Both the position numbers and the translations under genes were made by a program. The notes under the pieces were generated by a model. It was not told where the DNA came from. It did no database searches and worked only from the letters and a program-made list of their open reading frames with translations. Positions 9,132 through 20,016 of a stretch of DNA of 64,000 nucleotides are shown here, piece by piece (within the stretch, counting starts at the first letter, position 1; each line of letters begins with the position of its first letter). This DNA comes from an uncultured delta proteobacterium (GTDB lineage Bacteria; Myxococcota_A; Polyangia; Polyangiales; Polyangiaceae): the NCBI GenBank assembly GCA_963696385.1, contig CAVOKF010000003.1:96001-160000 (forward strand). The letters are read 5' to 3'.

Positions 9132-10079
9132 TCACAGCCGAGCGAGTGGATCGTCTCCGGCATCGTTCACACGTGGATCGCCACAGCAGCGAAAGCCGAT
9201 TTGGTAGTACCGGAAGGTCTCATCGTGGGCCGTCGTCATCGGCCGGCAGCGGGTCCGGACGGGACCCCAGTATCCGCCCTTCAGGCCACTCGCATAGGGC
9301 CGGCCCAACTGGGACACGTTGACCACCCATTCGTCTACGTTCCCGACCATGTCGTGCACGCCATAGGGGCTCACGCAGGCAGTGCGTGAGCCGCTGGGCT
9401 CGCGCTGGTCGAGCTTCGCGAGCTCTTCAGCCTGGGTCCTTGGATCGAAAATCCGCTCTGGATGTGGCCAAATGTATGGTTTGTCGATGTTGCATGCCCG
9501 ATCGTCACGCTGGTAGCCGTTGCCGTAGGGATACGGAAGGCGGTCAGGGCCCTCGCAAGCCAGCGTCCATTCCGTGTCGGAGCACAGCCGCTTGCCGAGC
9601 GACTCGCATGACGTTTTTGCCTCGCGCCAGCTTGCCATATACGTCGGCAGCGCGCCCGCTCTATTGGGCCATTCATATCGATCCATACAGAAGTGCTTCT
9701 GCTGTCCTGCCGTGGCGCATCGAGTCGGCACGGCAGTTTTGTCGAATTCGGCGCATTGGAGACGCGTCTCCGGATCGAGCCATCGGAGGCATCGCTGTTC
9801 GGCGTATGGACAGTACTCGCCTTCCACGTCGACCATGTCGGGCGCGCATGCCCCTTCGGCAGGCAGGCCGACCGGCGCAGCTCCCGGGGCGATAAAGCGA
9901 CCAAAGACCGTGTCTTGTTTGGCCAAAAGCGGCAAGAGTTGAATCAATCCAGCCGGATCGATCGTGCCCGTGCCGGCAATGACGCCGGTCGAGTTTGCCG
10001 CTTGCGAACGCACGCTGACCGTCGCGACGGCTACCGTCGTCAAGAACCCCAGAAAGACCCACGTCCTGACGCCACGCAT
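9132..10079 (-). CDS. FGE-sulfatase (SUMF1) / C-type-lectin-fold secreted protein
   Basis: Signal peptide; FCMDRYEWPN, GKRLCSDTEWTLACEG, SPYGVHDMVGNVDEWV, IGFRCC. Confidence 0.9.
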   Translation of the reverse strand: MRGVRTWVFLGFLTTVAVATVSVRSQAANSTGVIAGTGTIDPAGLIQLLPLLAKQDTVFGRFIAPGAAPVGLPAEGACAPDMVDVEGEYCPYAEQRCLRWLDPETRLQCAEFDKTAVPTRCATAGQQKHFCMDRYEWPNRAGALPTYMASWREAKTSCESLGKRLCSDTEWTLACEGPDRLPYPYGNGYQRDDRACNIDKPYIWPHPERIFDPRTQAEELAKLDQREPSGSRTACVSPYGVHDMVGNVDEWVVNVSQLGRPYASGLKGGYWGPVRTRCRPMTTAHDETFRYYQIGFRCCGDPRVNDAGDDPLARL

Positions 10080-10936
10080 CGGGATCTTACCGCTCGCGAT
10101 TGCGCAGACACCCCCAACGAACGACGCACTACGCGATAAATACCCGAGCGAGGGGCACGTCTTCCGTTCGCAAGCGAACGACTCGTTACGCGGTGGGATC
10201 CCGAAGGGAAGCACGCGCCTTCCGTTCTCAGGACGATCGGAACATCGCATTGTAGAAACTACCCACCGCCCAACTAAGCAAACGCCGATCCATCGACGTA
10301 GACCGTCGGAAATTCGGCGAACGCGAATTAATTACGGCTATCGAGCGAGTTTGATCTTCAATCGACGCGATCCCGCAGCCGTTTGAACCGGATCCAATCG
10401 TATCGAGTTGAGCGAGGTCCGGTCACATTTGTTGCGGACGCGCGTGCCTCTGCTGGGTTCTGGCAGGTGAAAACTGCGCGCTTCTCGCGAGCTCGTCAGA
10501 GAAGGCGTTTGCGCGTCACCGCGAACATAAAATGGCGAACGCGCGTTCGCAGCTCGCGCCGCCTGACTATCGAGCCTGCATCTCGGGTGGCGTCGTGTGC
10601 CGTTCCGACCCTTGTGCGGCCCGGAGCACGCGACCCCCCAACCGTTGGCGCGGCGATACCGCTCCTGCTCTGCCCTTGGCAAGGCACGGTCCGCGCACCC
10701 CCCGATGGCGCGCAAGAAAGGCGGGGCGACCCAGGCCGGCGCATCGAATGCCGCGCGACGTGCATCCATGATGCGTCTCAACAGCGTCCCCCGCCAGCGG
10801 ACAACACGACGAGCTCAGGGCGACCGCCCGACTTCAAGGGATCGACTTGCCGTCGCCGCCGCTCGTCGTTCCACGCGCCTGAACAGCGCAGCACCAGCCG
10901 AGTCTACGACAGCGCGCCCCGTTTCGCATGTTCCAT

Positions 10937-12712
10937 TCAGCTCTCGATGAAGCTCTTGAGCTGTTTGCTCCGCGACGGGTGTCGGAGTTTTCGCAGCGCT
11001 TTCGCCTCAATTTGCCGGATGCGCTCGCGTGTAACTTCGAAGTCCTGGCCTACCTCTTCCAGGGTGTGATCGCTCTTTTCTCCGATGCCGAACCGCATGC
11101 GGAGAACTTTCTCCTCTCGCGGGGTCAGCGTCTTGAGAACCTTTCGAGTCTGTTCCGCGAGGTTCATGTTGATGACGGCCTCGGCGGGGGACACCACGCT
11201 CTTGTCCTCGATGAAGTCTCCCAGATGCGAATCTTCCTCCTCGCCGATAGGAGTCTCCAGACTGATCGGTTCCTTGGCGATCTTCAGAACCTTGCGGACC
11301 TTGTCCAGCGGCAGTTCCATCTTTTCGGCGATCTCTTCGGGCGTCGGCTCGCGGCCGTACTCCTGGACGAGATAGCGGCTCGTCCGGATGAGCTTATTGA
11401 TCGTTTCGATCATATGGACCGGAATTCGTATCGTTCGCGCCTGGTCGGCGATGGCGCGGGTGATCGCCTGCCGAATCCACCACGTCGCGTACGTGGAGAA
11501 TTTGTAGCCGCGCTTGTACTCGAACTTATCGACGGCTTTCATCAAGCCGATGTTGCCCTCTTGGATCAAGTCGAGAAACTGCAGGCCTCGGTTCGTGTAC
11601 TTTTTCGCGATGCTCACGACGAGACGCAGATTCGCTTCGACGAGCTCCGCCTTGGCTTTGTCGGCGATCCTTTCCCCTCGCCGGATCGACTCATACGTTT
11701 CGCGCAGTTCCTTGACGTCGAGCTGCAGCTCTTCCTCGACCTTCTTCAGGTTCTTTTGAGCGGCGGAGTGTGCCCCCAGCACGTCGTCGGGGGATAAACC
11801 ATACTTGCGCTTGTACTTGCGCTCGGTCGAGGCATCACCACGAGACTGCCGCGCCTCCTTTCGGAGCTGGTCGACGTCAGCCCCTGCGTGTTTGGCCAGC
11901 TCCAGAATGCTGCTTTCGGCACGCTCGATTTTCTGGATCAACCCTCGCAGTTTGGTGACAACTTTATCGATGGTCTTCTTGTTGAGGCGCATCTCCTCGA
12001 GAGTCTCGACCATCTTTTGACGGTTGCCGTCGATCTCGACCTCAATCCCTTTGCGGCGAGAGGCGGCGCATGTCGTCACGCTCTCTTTGAGCTCGAGGGC
12101 TACTTTATCGAGGTGCCTGACTTTGTCGATCAGCCGCAGGATGCGGCGGTCGGCTTCCTCCTCGTCGAACTCGGCGTTGTCGTCTTCCGCGTCACGGATG
12201 ATGTCCCGTACGCGGATTTTGTGCTTTCTGAGCTTATCACCGAGATCCATAATCTCGTGAACGGCGACCGGCGAGTTGAGAATCGCCGAGAGCACCATGT
12301 GCTCTCCCTGTTCGATTCGCTTGGCAATCTCGACTTCACCCTCGCGCGTAAGAAGCGATACGCTCCCCATCTTGCGCAGATACATGCGAACAGGGTCGTT
12401 GCTCTTCGAATAGTACCCGTCGACCTCCTCGTCGCCCTTCGGAGGCGCCGAGGTTTGCTCCCGGTCGCGCGCGACTTTCTGCTCTGCCTGCTCTTCAACG
12501 ATGCGCTTAGGCGCTATTTTCACCTGCGTTGCGGCATCGACGATCTCGATGTCCTCGTCGCCAAGAACGCCGAGTACGTCGTCCATTTGGTCGGCCGCGA
12601 CCATGTCGGCGGGCAACGCATCGTTCACCTCGTCGTAAGTCAGAAATCCTTTGGATTTGCCGATCTCGATGAGTTGTTGAACTTCTTTCCGGTCACGGTT
12701 CTTCGTCGCCAT
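10937..12712 (-). CDS. rpoD: RNA polymerase primary sigma factor RpoD (SigA)
   Basis: Region 1.1 ([10 protein letters not shown]), 1.2 ([11 protein letters not shown]), 2 ([12 protein letters not shown]...[10 protein letters not shown]) and 4 ([20 protein letters not shown]). GAGGT SD precedes ATG 12712. Confidence 0.98.
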   Translation of the reverse strand: MATKNRDRKEVQQLIEIGKSKGFLTYDEVNDALPADMVAADQMDDVLGVLGDEDIEIVDAATQVKIAPKRIVEEQAEQKVARDREQTSAPPKGDEEVDGYYSKSNDPVRMYLRKMGSVSLLTREGEVEIAKRIEQGEHMVLSAILNSPVAVHEIMDLGDKLRKHKIRVRDIIRDAEDDNAEFDEEEADRRILRLIDKVRHLDKVALELKESVTTCAASRRKGIEVEIDGNRQKMVETLEEMRLNKKTIDKVVTKLRGLIQKIERAESSILELAKHAGADVDQLRKEARQSRGDASTERKYKRKYGLSPDDVLGAHSAAQKNLKKVEEELQLDVKELRETYESIRRGERIADKAKAELVEANLRLVVSIAKKYTNRGLQFLDLIQEGNIGLMKAVDKFEYKRGYKFSTYATWWIRQAITRAIADQARTIRIPVHMIETINKLIRTSRYLVQEYGREPTPEEIAEKMELPLDKVRKVLKIAKEPISLETPIGEEEDSHLGDFIEDKSVVSPAEAVINMNLAEQTRKVLKTLTPREEKVLRMRFGIGEKSDHTLEEVGQDFEVTRERIRQIEAKALRKLRHPSRSKQLKSFIES

Positions 12713-12774
12713 CGCTACCTCGGTGCTTCTTCCCCATGCGCCTTGCGCGCCAACGCGCACGCGCTTTCCCTCAC

Positions 12775-14655
12775 TCACCTGCGAATCAGGCCTTGCCGCT
12801 GACGCACGAGCGCGTCGACGTGTTTCGCGAGTTGCACTTCGGCCTCCCAGTCGCCGACGACGCGCTGTTGCTCACGTACCGTCTCGAGCGTTTCCCGCGC
12901 AACGTTGGTCTCCCGCAGTTTTCTTGCGTTCGCGAGTACGGATGCGCGCGCTTCCTCAAGCGTGTCGTGAACCGGAGCCGCGAGGCGTGCAGACGCGAAG
13001 GCTTGGATCGCCGATGGCATTTGCGCAAGAAATTCGCTCGTGTCGAGCACTTTTTCACCGCGCGCGTCCACGCGGATGCACTTCGCCATCGCCGCCACAA
13101 TCCGTGCCGATTCGCCCCCGAGAAGGCCCAAAGTTTCCCTCACTGCGGAATCGTCCAAAAGCACGGAATAATCCAAGAGAGCGCCGACGATGGCCTTCCG
13201 CTCCTCATAGCCTGGCGCGCGATGCTTGACACGCGCCTCGGAAGGTCTCGAGCTTGCGCGTACGCGTGCGCCTTGGGCGGAGCTAGCCACCTTCCGCTCC
13301 AGCGCCCCGAAGGCATTCGGCGCAGAGCGTATCAGATCGAGTCGGCTCGCGGCGTAGTCGGCGTATGCCTTCAGCATCCCCCGAACCACGGGATCCCTTT
13401 GGCGGACCAACAGCGCGGCGACCCGATCGATCCGCGCCACACGATCGCGCAGGTCCGCAGCGTTGAACGAATCGTCGAGCTCGACGTCGATCAGGTATTC
13501 GAGTAAGCCTCGCGCCTGCCCGACGACGTGATGGAGCGCCGGGACGCCTCTCGCGCGAACGTATTCGTCCGGGTCCATCTCGTCCGGCAGCAGGGCGACG
13601 TCCGCCTCGAGGCCTGCCTTGTCGCATGCATCCTCCGCGGCTCGGGCCGCCTTGCGCCCCGCCGCGTCGCCGTCGAACAGGAGCGTTACGTTGCCGGCAT
13701 ATCGCCGAAGCAGTTTTGCCTGATCGGCGGTGAATGCGGTACCCAGTGGAGCGACCACGTTGGGTACACCTCGCGCTTGGAGGCTGACGACGTCAAAGTT
13801 GCCTTCAACGACGATCGCTCGGCCCGCTTGCCGGATGGCATGCCGACCCTGCCACAGGCCGAACAGCGTCGCCCCTTTGACGTAAATGGGACTCTCGGGC
13901 GAGTTGATGTACTTCGGGGGAGGATCCCGGGCCGCATCGAGTGCCTCGTCGTGCCCGACGTTCTTATCCGCCTGAAGGGCACGGCCACTGAATGCGACGA
14001 CCCGGCCCTGAGCATCCAGCACTGCAAACATGAGGCGGTGCCGGAATCGGTCGTAATAGCTCGAGCCGCTCGACCGCGGCACGAGGAGCCCGACGGCCTC
14101 ACCGATCGCCGGCGAGACCCCCTGTTTCTTCAGGAAGCTCGCGAGGCCCTCCCACCCCGTGGGCGCGTATCCCAAGCGAAATGCGGCCGCGGTCTCACTC
14201 TTCGGATCCAGACCGCGGCGAGCAAGCTCGTCGAGCGCGCACGAGCGGCTCGGATGCACGCGCAACTGCTCTTCGTACCAAGTTGCGGCCACTTGCATCG
14301 CGCCGTAGAGGGCGTCACGTTCGTTCCTGTGTCGTGCGGCGTCGCTCGGCGCAGCGCCACGCTCGTCTTCGAGCGCGACGCCCGCGCGCTCAGCAAGGGC
14401 GCGAACGGCTTCGGCAAAGGTGTAGCCTTCGACGCGCTCTAAAAACGAAAAGGCATCTCCGCTCTCCTTGCACCCAAAGCAGTGGTAGATGCCGCTGTCG
14501 GGGTTGACGTGAAAGCTCGGCGTCCTCTCCTTGTGGAAGGGGCATAGGCCCACGAAGCGCCGCCCCCGCTTTTTCAAAGATGGAACGCTCTCGGAAACGA
14601 TTGCGACGATGTCCGTGCGGTCGCGTACGAGCGAAATGGCATCCTTCGAGATCAT
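12775..14655 (-). CDS. dnaG: DNA primase
   Basis: Zn finger [11 protein letters not shown]...[28 protein letters not shown] and FDGDAAG; directly upstream of rpoD. Confidence 0.97.
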   Translation of the reverse strand: MISKDAISLVRDRTDIVAIVSESVPSLKKRGRRFVGLCPFHKERTPSFHVNPDSGIYHCFGCKESGDAFSFLERVEGYTFAEAVRALAERAGVALEDERGAAPSDAARHRNERDALYGAMQVAATWYEEQLRVHPSRSCALDELARRGLDPKSETAAAFRLGYAPTGWEGLASFLKKQGVSPAIGEAVGLLVPRSSGSSYYDRFRHRLMFAVLDAQGRVVAFSGRALQADKNVGHDEALDAARDPPPKYINSPESPIYVKGATLFGLWQGRHAIRQAGRAIVVEGNFDVVSLQARGVPNVVAPLGTAFTADQAKLLRRYAGNVTLLFDGDAAGRKAARAAEDACDKAGLEADVALLPDEMDPDEYVRARGVPALHHVVGQARGLLEYLIDVELDDSFNAADLRDRVARIDRVAALLVRQRDPVVRGMLKAYADYAASRLDLIRSAPNAFGALERKVASSAQGARVRASSRPSEARVKHRAPGYEERKAIVGALLDYSVLLDDSAVRETLGLLGGESARIVAAMAKCIRVDARGEKVLDTSEFLAQMPSAIQAFASARLAAPVHDTLEEARASVLANARKLRETNVARETLETVREQQRVVGDWEAEVQLAKHVDALVRQRQGLIRR

Positions 14656-15016
14656 CGGCCGTCGCTCAGCGCTTGGCGGGAAGTCAACCAGCCCCATTCC
14701 GGCAGGCCGACGCTGGGAGCGCATCGGTGGACCCCAAGCGCTGTTCGAACCAATGCGATTGCATTCGGGTCACACTCGCCCACTTCGGCTTGAACTGGGT
14801 GTCGGCCAAGTTCCAGGGGCCTTTGCAAGTCGTTGCACTCGGCGCACGAGTCTCTCAGACTATCTCGTCGACTCAAGCGCAGCAGTTTGTCACATGCGCG
14901 CCTTCTCGGGTCAAGCGACGCCGCTTTCCACGTAGCGCCTGGGAACGAGGCCTAGTTCGCCGTGGGGCGGGGAGCCGGGTACGATTGCTACGCCAGCCCG
15001 GGGGGGTCCAGACAGC

Positions 15017-17461
15017 ATGCCGACGCAGTCCGCTCCACCCCCTGCCGTTGCCCGGGCGCCATCTCCGCGCCAAGGAAAAATCCGGGCGAAGCGCGGGAGG
15101 GAGACGATTGTCTCACGCGAGGAGGTCGTTCTTTGCCTTTCCATTGCGCGCGAAGGAATCGGTCTCGAGCTCGCCCGGCCCGTTCGGCTGGGCTGCCTCC
15201 AGGTCACAGCGCTCGCGACGACATTTCCCGGCATGCGCTTCCCGGCCGACGTTTCCGGAGGGGTCCACCGCTTCCGCCACCGTCGAGGACAGCTTCAGCG
15301 GATCGAGGTCGAACTGAGCTCGCGATCGCTGGTGCGCTGGGCTGCTCCGCGATTGCGTGGCGTTGTCAGCGAGGAAGCGCCTGACCTCTGGGTTGCTGCG
15401 GCTTCGGCAAAGGCCACGATTTGCGTCTCGGCGCCGGACGATCGCGATCGTGAAGGATCGCTTCCGGCACCGGCCGTGGCGTTCGACATCCATGCCATGG
15501 CCGACGGGGAAGATCTCGTCCTCGTCGTCGCCAATGCTCGAGGTGTAAACCTGCCGGCACCGGCCGCGGGCATCGCCATTGCGTGCGTCGCCGCCATGGT
15601 CGGGCGCCCCGCGGAGCGATCGGGCGCCGCGTTCACGTTTCGACGCCTCGCTACGGCCCTTTCGGTGGCGCTCCTGCCCGAAGCGGGTGCCCGAATCCCG
15701 GCGGCCCACGGGGTCTGCTGTGCCGTTCTCGCTGCGGATCAAGATACCTGGTTTCTGCAGGCGGCACGCAACGTGCTTTCGGCACAGCCGACGGACGAAG
15801 CGGTCCGGGCTTATGAGGTCGCGCGCTTGCTCCGTGACGCCGACGACCTGCTCGTCGCGGGCGATACCGCCGGAGCGCGCTCCGCCTGCCTCGAGGCTCT
15901 AGGGTTCGCTCCGCGACATCGCGAGATTACCGCTCGCGTGGTCGACATCGACGTCCGAACGACGGGCCACGCCGAGGGCGCCCTCGCCATGCTCGACGAG
16001 ATGTGGGGTGGCGAGGAGCCGGGATGGGGGATCCTCCGTGGCGAGCTGCTTCGGGAGACAGGAGATTTCACCGGCGCGTTGGCGAGTCTCGAACGCGCCG
16101 CGGCAGCGGAGCCCTGCCCCGCGTTGGCCGCGCGCGCGTACACGCTTGCGGCAGCATGGACGCAGGATCCGGAGCACGCGGCCGACTGGTTGGACGGCGC
16201 CATTGCCCGATCTCCCCGCGCGGTGTCCGCCCGTTGGGCCCGTGTTCGCGCGCGCTTGGCGCTCGGTCGCGTCGACGAGGCTCTCGGCGACGCAGAGCAT
16301 CTCGAGGCGCTCGCCGGCACTGCGAGCGAAAAGTACGCCGTGTGGCTTCGCGCCGGACGAGATTGGCAGGCGCGCGGGCTCACGCTGCGCGCTCAAGCGC
16401 TATTCGGGCGTGCGCTTCGATTCGCACCGGAGGAGCCGGAAGCATTGACCGGCTTGGCAGAGGCACTCCTTAGCGAAGGCGCGTTCGCGCGCGGGGTGGC
16501 TCTGCTGACGAAGGCGCTCGAGATTGCGCGTGCGCGCGGCGTGTCCACTTCGGCCATCGTGTTCGCGCTGGCTCGGGCGCTCGCAGAGGGTCTCGCCGAC
16601 CTGCCAACGGCCATCGCGCACATCTCTTCGATCTGCGCCGATGCGCCGGCGCCGGAAGCGGCGGTCGCGAAGGGGCTCGAGGCGCGATGGCGCGCGCGAC
16701 TGGGGGACACCGTCGGCGCAAGCCTGGCTTTTGCGGGACTGCGGGAGGCAGCCGCATCTCTTGCATCCATTCCCGTCGTATCCGGGAGTCGAGAACGACC
16801 CGATAAGCGCGCCGTCGCTTCGCCCCACGATTGCATCGGGCAGGTCGTTGACTTGCTGATCGAGGCTGCGGACCTCGAACTCGCTCATCGTCTCGATCCG
16901 TTGGCCGCACAACGCCATCTCGCCGTCGCTCTACGCCTCAGGCCGCACGACGAACGAGCACGGCGGGCCTTCCGAGACGTCGGCGACCGTGTGCTGCGGT
17001 CGACACGCGGCATCCAGGGCGAGCGCAACCTCGCTATGACGGTCGGCCCCGAGCCTCGCGAAGCCGACGCGACCGACGCGACCGAGAACCGCGCCAACGA
17101 CCTACCGAACCGGCCGCGCGCGCCGATTCGTTCCGTCGATTGGCTCGACCTGGAGACATCCGATGAGCCCGCAGATAGTGAGCGCGCGGCCCGAGTCGAC
17201 GAGCTCACGCGAAGGTTGCAGAGCGACCCCGGCAATGACGCGGTTGCGGACGAACTGGCCTCGCTCCTCGAGCAGCTCGGCCGCGGGCACGAACTTCTCG
17301 CGCTTCTCAGCGCTCGCCTCGAGGATGCCGCCGCCGAGCGCCGTGAAGTTCTCATCGTGCAAGTTCGAACCACACTCGATCGGTTGGCTATCGCCGCGGA
17401 GGAGGCGGGACGGGCCGAAGAGGCGACGCTGTATCGAGAGTGGCGCGGTGGGCTCAGTTGA
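15017..17461 (+). CDS. TPR-repeat protein with an uncharacterised N-terminal domain
   Basis: Ala/Leu/Arg-rich helical repeats (ALFGRALRFAPEEPEALTGLAEAL; LAVALRLRPHDERA). N-terminal beta-rich region FPADVSGGVHRFRHRRG. Confidence 0.8.
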   Translation: MPTQSAPPPAVARAPSPRQGKIRAKRGRETIVSREEVVLCLSIAREGIGLELARPVRLGCLQVTALATTFPGMRFPADVSGGVHRFRHRRGQLQRIEVELSSRSLVRWAAPRLRGVVSEEAPDLWVAAASAKATICVSAPDDRDREGSLPAPAVAFDIHAMADGEDLVLVVANARGVNLPAPAAGIAIACVAAMVGRPAERSGAAFTFRRLATALSVALLPEAGARIPAAHGVCCAVLAADQDTWFLQAARNVLSAQPTDEAVRAYEVARLLRDADDLLVAGDTAGARSACLEALGFAPRHREITARVVDIDVRTTGHAEGALAMLDEMWGGEEPGWGILRGELLRETGDFTGALASLERAAAAEPCPALAARAYTLAAAWTQDPEHAADWLDGAIARSPRAVSARWARVRARLALGRVDEALGDAEHLEALAGTASEKYAVWLRAGRDWQARGLTLRAQALFGRALRFAPEEPEALTGLAEALLSEGAFARGVALLTKALEIARARGVSTSAIVFALARALAEGLADLPTAIAHISSICADAPAPEAAVAKGLEARWRARLGDTVGASLAFAGLREAAASLASIPVVSGSRERPDKRAVASPHDCIGQVVDLLIEAADLELAHRLDPLAAQRHLAVALRLRPHDERARRAFRDVGDRVLRSTRGIQGERNLAMTVGPEPREADATDATENRANDLPNRPRAPIRSVDWLDLETSDEPADSERAARVDELTRRLQSDPGNDAVADELASLLEQLGRGHELLALLSARLEDAAAERREVLIVQVRTTLDRLAIAAEEAGRAEEATLYREWRGGLS

Positions 17462-17512
17462 TGGATGCGCCCGCTCGGCCGCAGAGCCGATCGATGCCGT
17501 CTGCAGGGGCTT

Positions 17513-18100
17513 TCACTCGGACGAGTCCGCGGCCAAGAGGGCATTGCGAACCTCCGCCAGGGCAGCCTCGACCTCGGCACCGTCCAGTCCGCACTGGTGT
17601 GCGAGCTTTCCGAGCACCTGTCGCTCGCTAACGCTTACGTGGTCGCTGGTCTGCGCCAAGAGCGCAGCGATGCGCAGGATCTCGCGGGCATGATCTTTTT
17701 TCACCGAAGCCTTCGCGATGGACGCAATGCGTGCGTCGATCCCATCCGCTTTCAGCTGATCGGATAGCTGGCTTACCAGGGAAGCGATCTGCTGCGCAGG
17801 CACCGTGCCACCGCACGCAGTCGAAACTACCCGCTCAAATGCTTGCCTCTCGGCCGTGTCGAAAACCCCGTCGGCGTTGGCGACGACGTAGGCGCCCTCC
17901 ACGATGGCTTCGAAGAGCGCCACGGCCACAGGGTCGAAACCAGTGGGCACGGTGGCATCCCCGGAGGGACGCGACCCATACGAGGCGGCGGCCAGCGACA
18001 AAATCGACATGGGACGATCCGGATCCTCTACCGGAGCGAACGCGGAACGGGCGACCCGCGCGACGAGACGAATGCGTGCGTCATTGGGCATCGCGGCCAC
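17513..18100 (-). CDS. TerB-fold (tellurite-resistance B-like) protein
   Basis: AYVVANADGVFDTAERQAF and QTSDHVSVSERQVLGKLAHQCGL, the paired ADG...E helical motifs of TerB. Confidence 0.8.
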   Translation of the reverse strand: MAAMPNDARIRLVARVARSAFAPVEDPDRPMSILSLAAASYGSRPSGDATVPTGFDPVAVALFEAIVEGAYVVANADGVFDTAERQAFERVVSTACGGTVPAQQIASLVSQLSDQLKADGIDARIASIAKASVKKDHAREILRIAALLAQTSDHVSVSERQVLGKLAHQCGLDGAEVEAALAEVRNALLAADSSE

Positions 18101-18132
18101 GAATCCACAGCATACCAGAAGATGAGGCCGCG

Positions 18133-20016
18133 CTACGGCGACGGCGGCGCAATGAACATTTCATAGCTTCCGTCAATGCCCGTGATGGCCTCGCCCAGCT
18201 CGACGGCGAGCGCCGCAGACGACACCGGCGGCAGACGGAACGAACGAACGAGCGCGTTGGCAATGGGATTTCCCGCCGGATCAGCCAATGTCAACCCGAG
18301 GGATTGCGGCGCGGGCACAATGACGGGCGCGAGAGACAAAGAGTCGGTTCCGTCCGCGAAGATCGGTTGCGTGACTACCACCCATGGCAGACGCGTCCCT
18401 GCCGCAGGTCGAACGCGCAAGGTGAAGTATCCTGGGTCCAAGTCGAATGCGAACGATCCATCCGAGAGGGTCGTGCTTTGAGCCGGCCGCGGAAGACACC
18501 AGGTCGACGGCAGCTTCGACAGCGAGGCCGTGCACCCAGTGGGAATGGCGTCGATCACGGCTCCGGAAAGGCCACGATTATCGGCCACGCGCGCGGAGCC
18601 GCGGGCGGATTGAAGGCCGCCGAGCGAGAAGTTCATCGTTTGATCGTGCAGGAGCGAAACCGAGGACGCGACTTGCACCGCCGCCGTCGCGGCATCGCCG
18701 CCATCCAAGCTGCCCCCCGAGCCCTCGATGAGGGGGTTGGTCGGACGAACGTCGATTCGATAAAAGCCAGATGGAAGCGTGGCGGAATACGTCGAATTTT
18801 CCGTCGATGGGTCCGTCGTGGTGTTCACGGAGAGGGTGTATTCGAAGGTCTGGTTCTGGACCCCCGTCGGATCGTCGGCCGACGACAGGGTCGTGATCGA
18901 TATCGCTTCGAAGACGATCACGGCTGCGACCGGCGAACCGGACTGCGAGGACGTGACTTGTCCTTGCAGGTTCACCGTCGCCGGCAACATCGGATAAAGG
19001 ATCGGAGTGACCATGCCGAACAAGTTGAACACGCCGGTCGGTAGGATTGCCCCAGCGGGTGGCGCCACGACCAGCTCTGTTTGGGAGAGTGCGTCAAGGT
19101 CTGGCTGCGTCGGGTCGGTCGATCGCTTCACGGCCAGAATTACGTTCGATATCGTCGTTCCGCTGAGGGGCGCCCGGCTCGACACGATTCGGTCATTTTG
19201 GTCCCGAAGGTAGGCCGTCCACCCGTTCAACGTGCCCCCCGTGCGCGTGATCTCGAACGTAGGAAGGGCTTGCCCACCGGTCGTGTCGTACGATTCAATC
19301 GTCTGCTGGTCGACGGACATGCCGCTCGATACGGTCACGACTTGCGTCACGGGACCGAATGCCTCATCGAATGGAGGATCCGCGATCAGGGTGCGCTCGT
19401 AGGTTCCGGGCTGAAGGTAGGTCTGGGATTCGGTCTCCGGCCCTCCGCCGGGTCCGGGAAGGAAATCCACCAGTTGTACGGAGTCCGCGAGCACAGGAGT
19501 GATCGGCAGGCCCAAAAGAGCGGCTTCCGTGTCGGAGCTTCCAGGCCAAAGAAGGCGAAATACCGCGTGAAACGGCAGCGAGGTGGTGACACCGGAAGTG
19601 CCCAAGTCCCAATCGACCGTTTGGGCCAAACGAGGCGATACTGCATAAAGGCCGAATACAGTCCCGACCGCAGGGAGTTCTGCCGGGCTCGCCAGCGTCG
19701 AACTCGCCGAAGTGGCATTTGCCAAATCATCGAAAGGAATGGCGAACGTCCGTCCGGGAGCGAAATACGCGTCGCCAGGCACCGAGATCAGGACCACGAG
19801 GTCGCTGGTCGAAGGGGCCTCGGCGGGGTCGATCACGCAAGCGCCCCCCATGCACTGCACGTCGCTGGATTGGACGTATGCCGAGCACGGATTTTGGGGA
19901 CAGACATTTTCGGCCGCGGACGACATCTCGAGAGAGCGAATGGGTCCGCAGCCAACCGCCCCTGCCCAGGCGGTCGCCGCCATGCCCAGCCAAGCATTTC
20001 GGCCGAAGGCTTTCAA
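18133..20016 (-). CDS. Hypothetical lipoprotein with Cys-rich N-terminus and several Ig/carboxypeptidase-regulatory-like beta-sandwich domains
   Basis: Lipobox-like AVGC and CPQNPC...CMGGAC. Repeated motifs YLQPGTYE, LPSGFYRIDVRP, LDPGYFTLRVRP and ITGIDGSYEM. Probable TTG start at 20016 overlaps the upstream stop (TTGA); ATG 19983 is an alternative. Confidence 0.75.
   Translation of the reverse strand: MKAFGRNAWLGMAATAWAGAVGCGPIRSLEMSSAAENVCPQNPCSAYVQSSDVQCMGGACVIDPAEAPSTSDLVVLISVPGDAYFAPGRTFAIPFDDLANATSASSTLASPAELPAVGTVFGLYAVSPRLAQTVDWDLGTSGVTTSLPFHAVFRLLWPGSSDTEAALLGLPITPVLADSVQLVDFLPGPGGGPETESQTYLQPGTYERTLIADPPFDEAFGPVTQVVTVSSGMSVDQQTIESYDTTGGQALPTFEITRTGGTLNGWTAYLRDQNDRIVSSRAPLSGTTISNVILAVKRSTDPTQPDLDALSQTELVVAPPAGAILPTGVFNLFGMVTPILYPMLPATVNLQGQVTSSQSGSPVAAVIVFEAISITTLSSADDPTGVQNQTFEYTLSVNTTTDPSTENSTYSATLPSGFYRIDVRPTNPLIEGSGGSLDGGDAATAAVQVASSVSLLHDQTMNFSLGGLQSARGSARVADNRGLSGAVIDAIPTGCTASLSKLPSTWCLPRPAQSTTLSDGSFAFDLDPGYFTLRVRPAAGTRLPWVVVTQPIFADGTDSLSLAPVIVPAPQSLGLTLADPAGNPIANALVRSFRLPPVSSAALAVELGEAITGIDGSYEMFIAPPSP

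Noticed and set aside
10200..10245. TPP riboswitch (CTGAGA on the minus strand)
   Set aside because: The other conserved elements are missing and the downstream gene is unrelated to thiamine.
9132..10936. Diversity-generating retroelement targeting the FGE/C-lectin gene
   Set aside because: No reverse transcriptase in the window and no template repeat resembling the gene's 3' end in the adjacent gap.
10928..12802. Long antisense ORFs opposite rpoD (similarly 60265-61968 opposite leuS and 12-665 opposite the LacI-type gene)
   Set aside because: Shadow ORFs expected from high-GC codon bias; the opposite strand carries clear conserved genes.
17513..18100. Tellurite-resistance (ter) operon
   Set aside because: Only one TerB-fold gene; no terZ/A/C/D/E.
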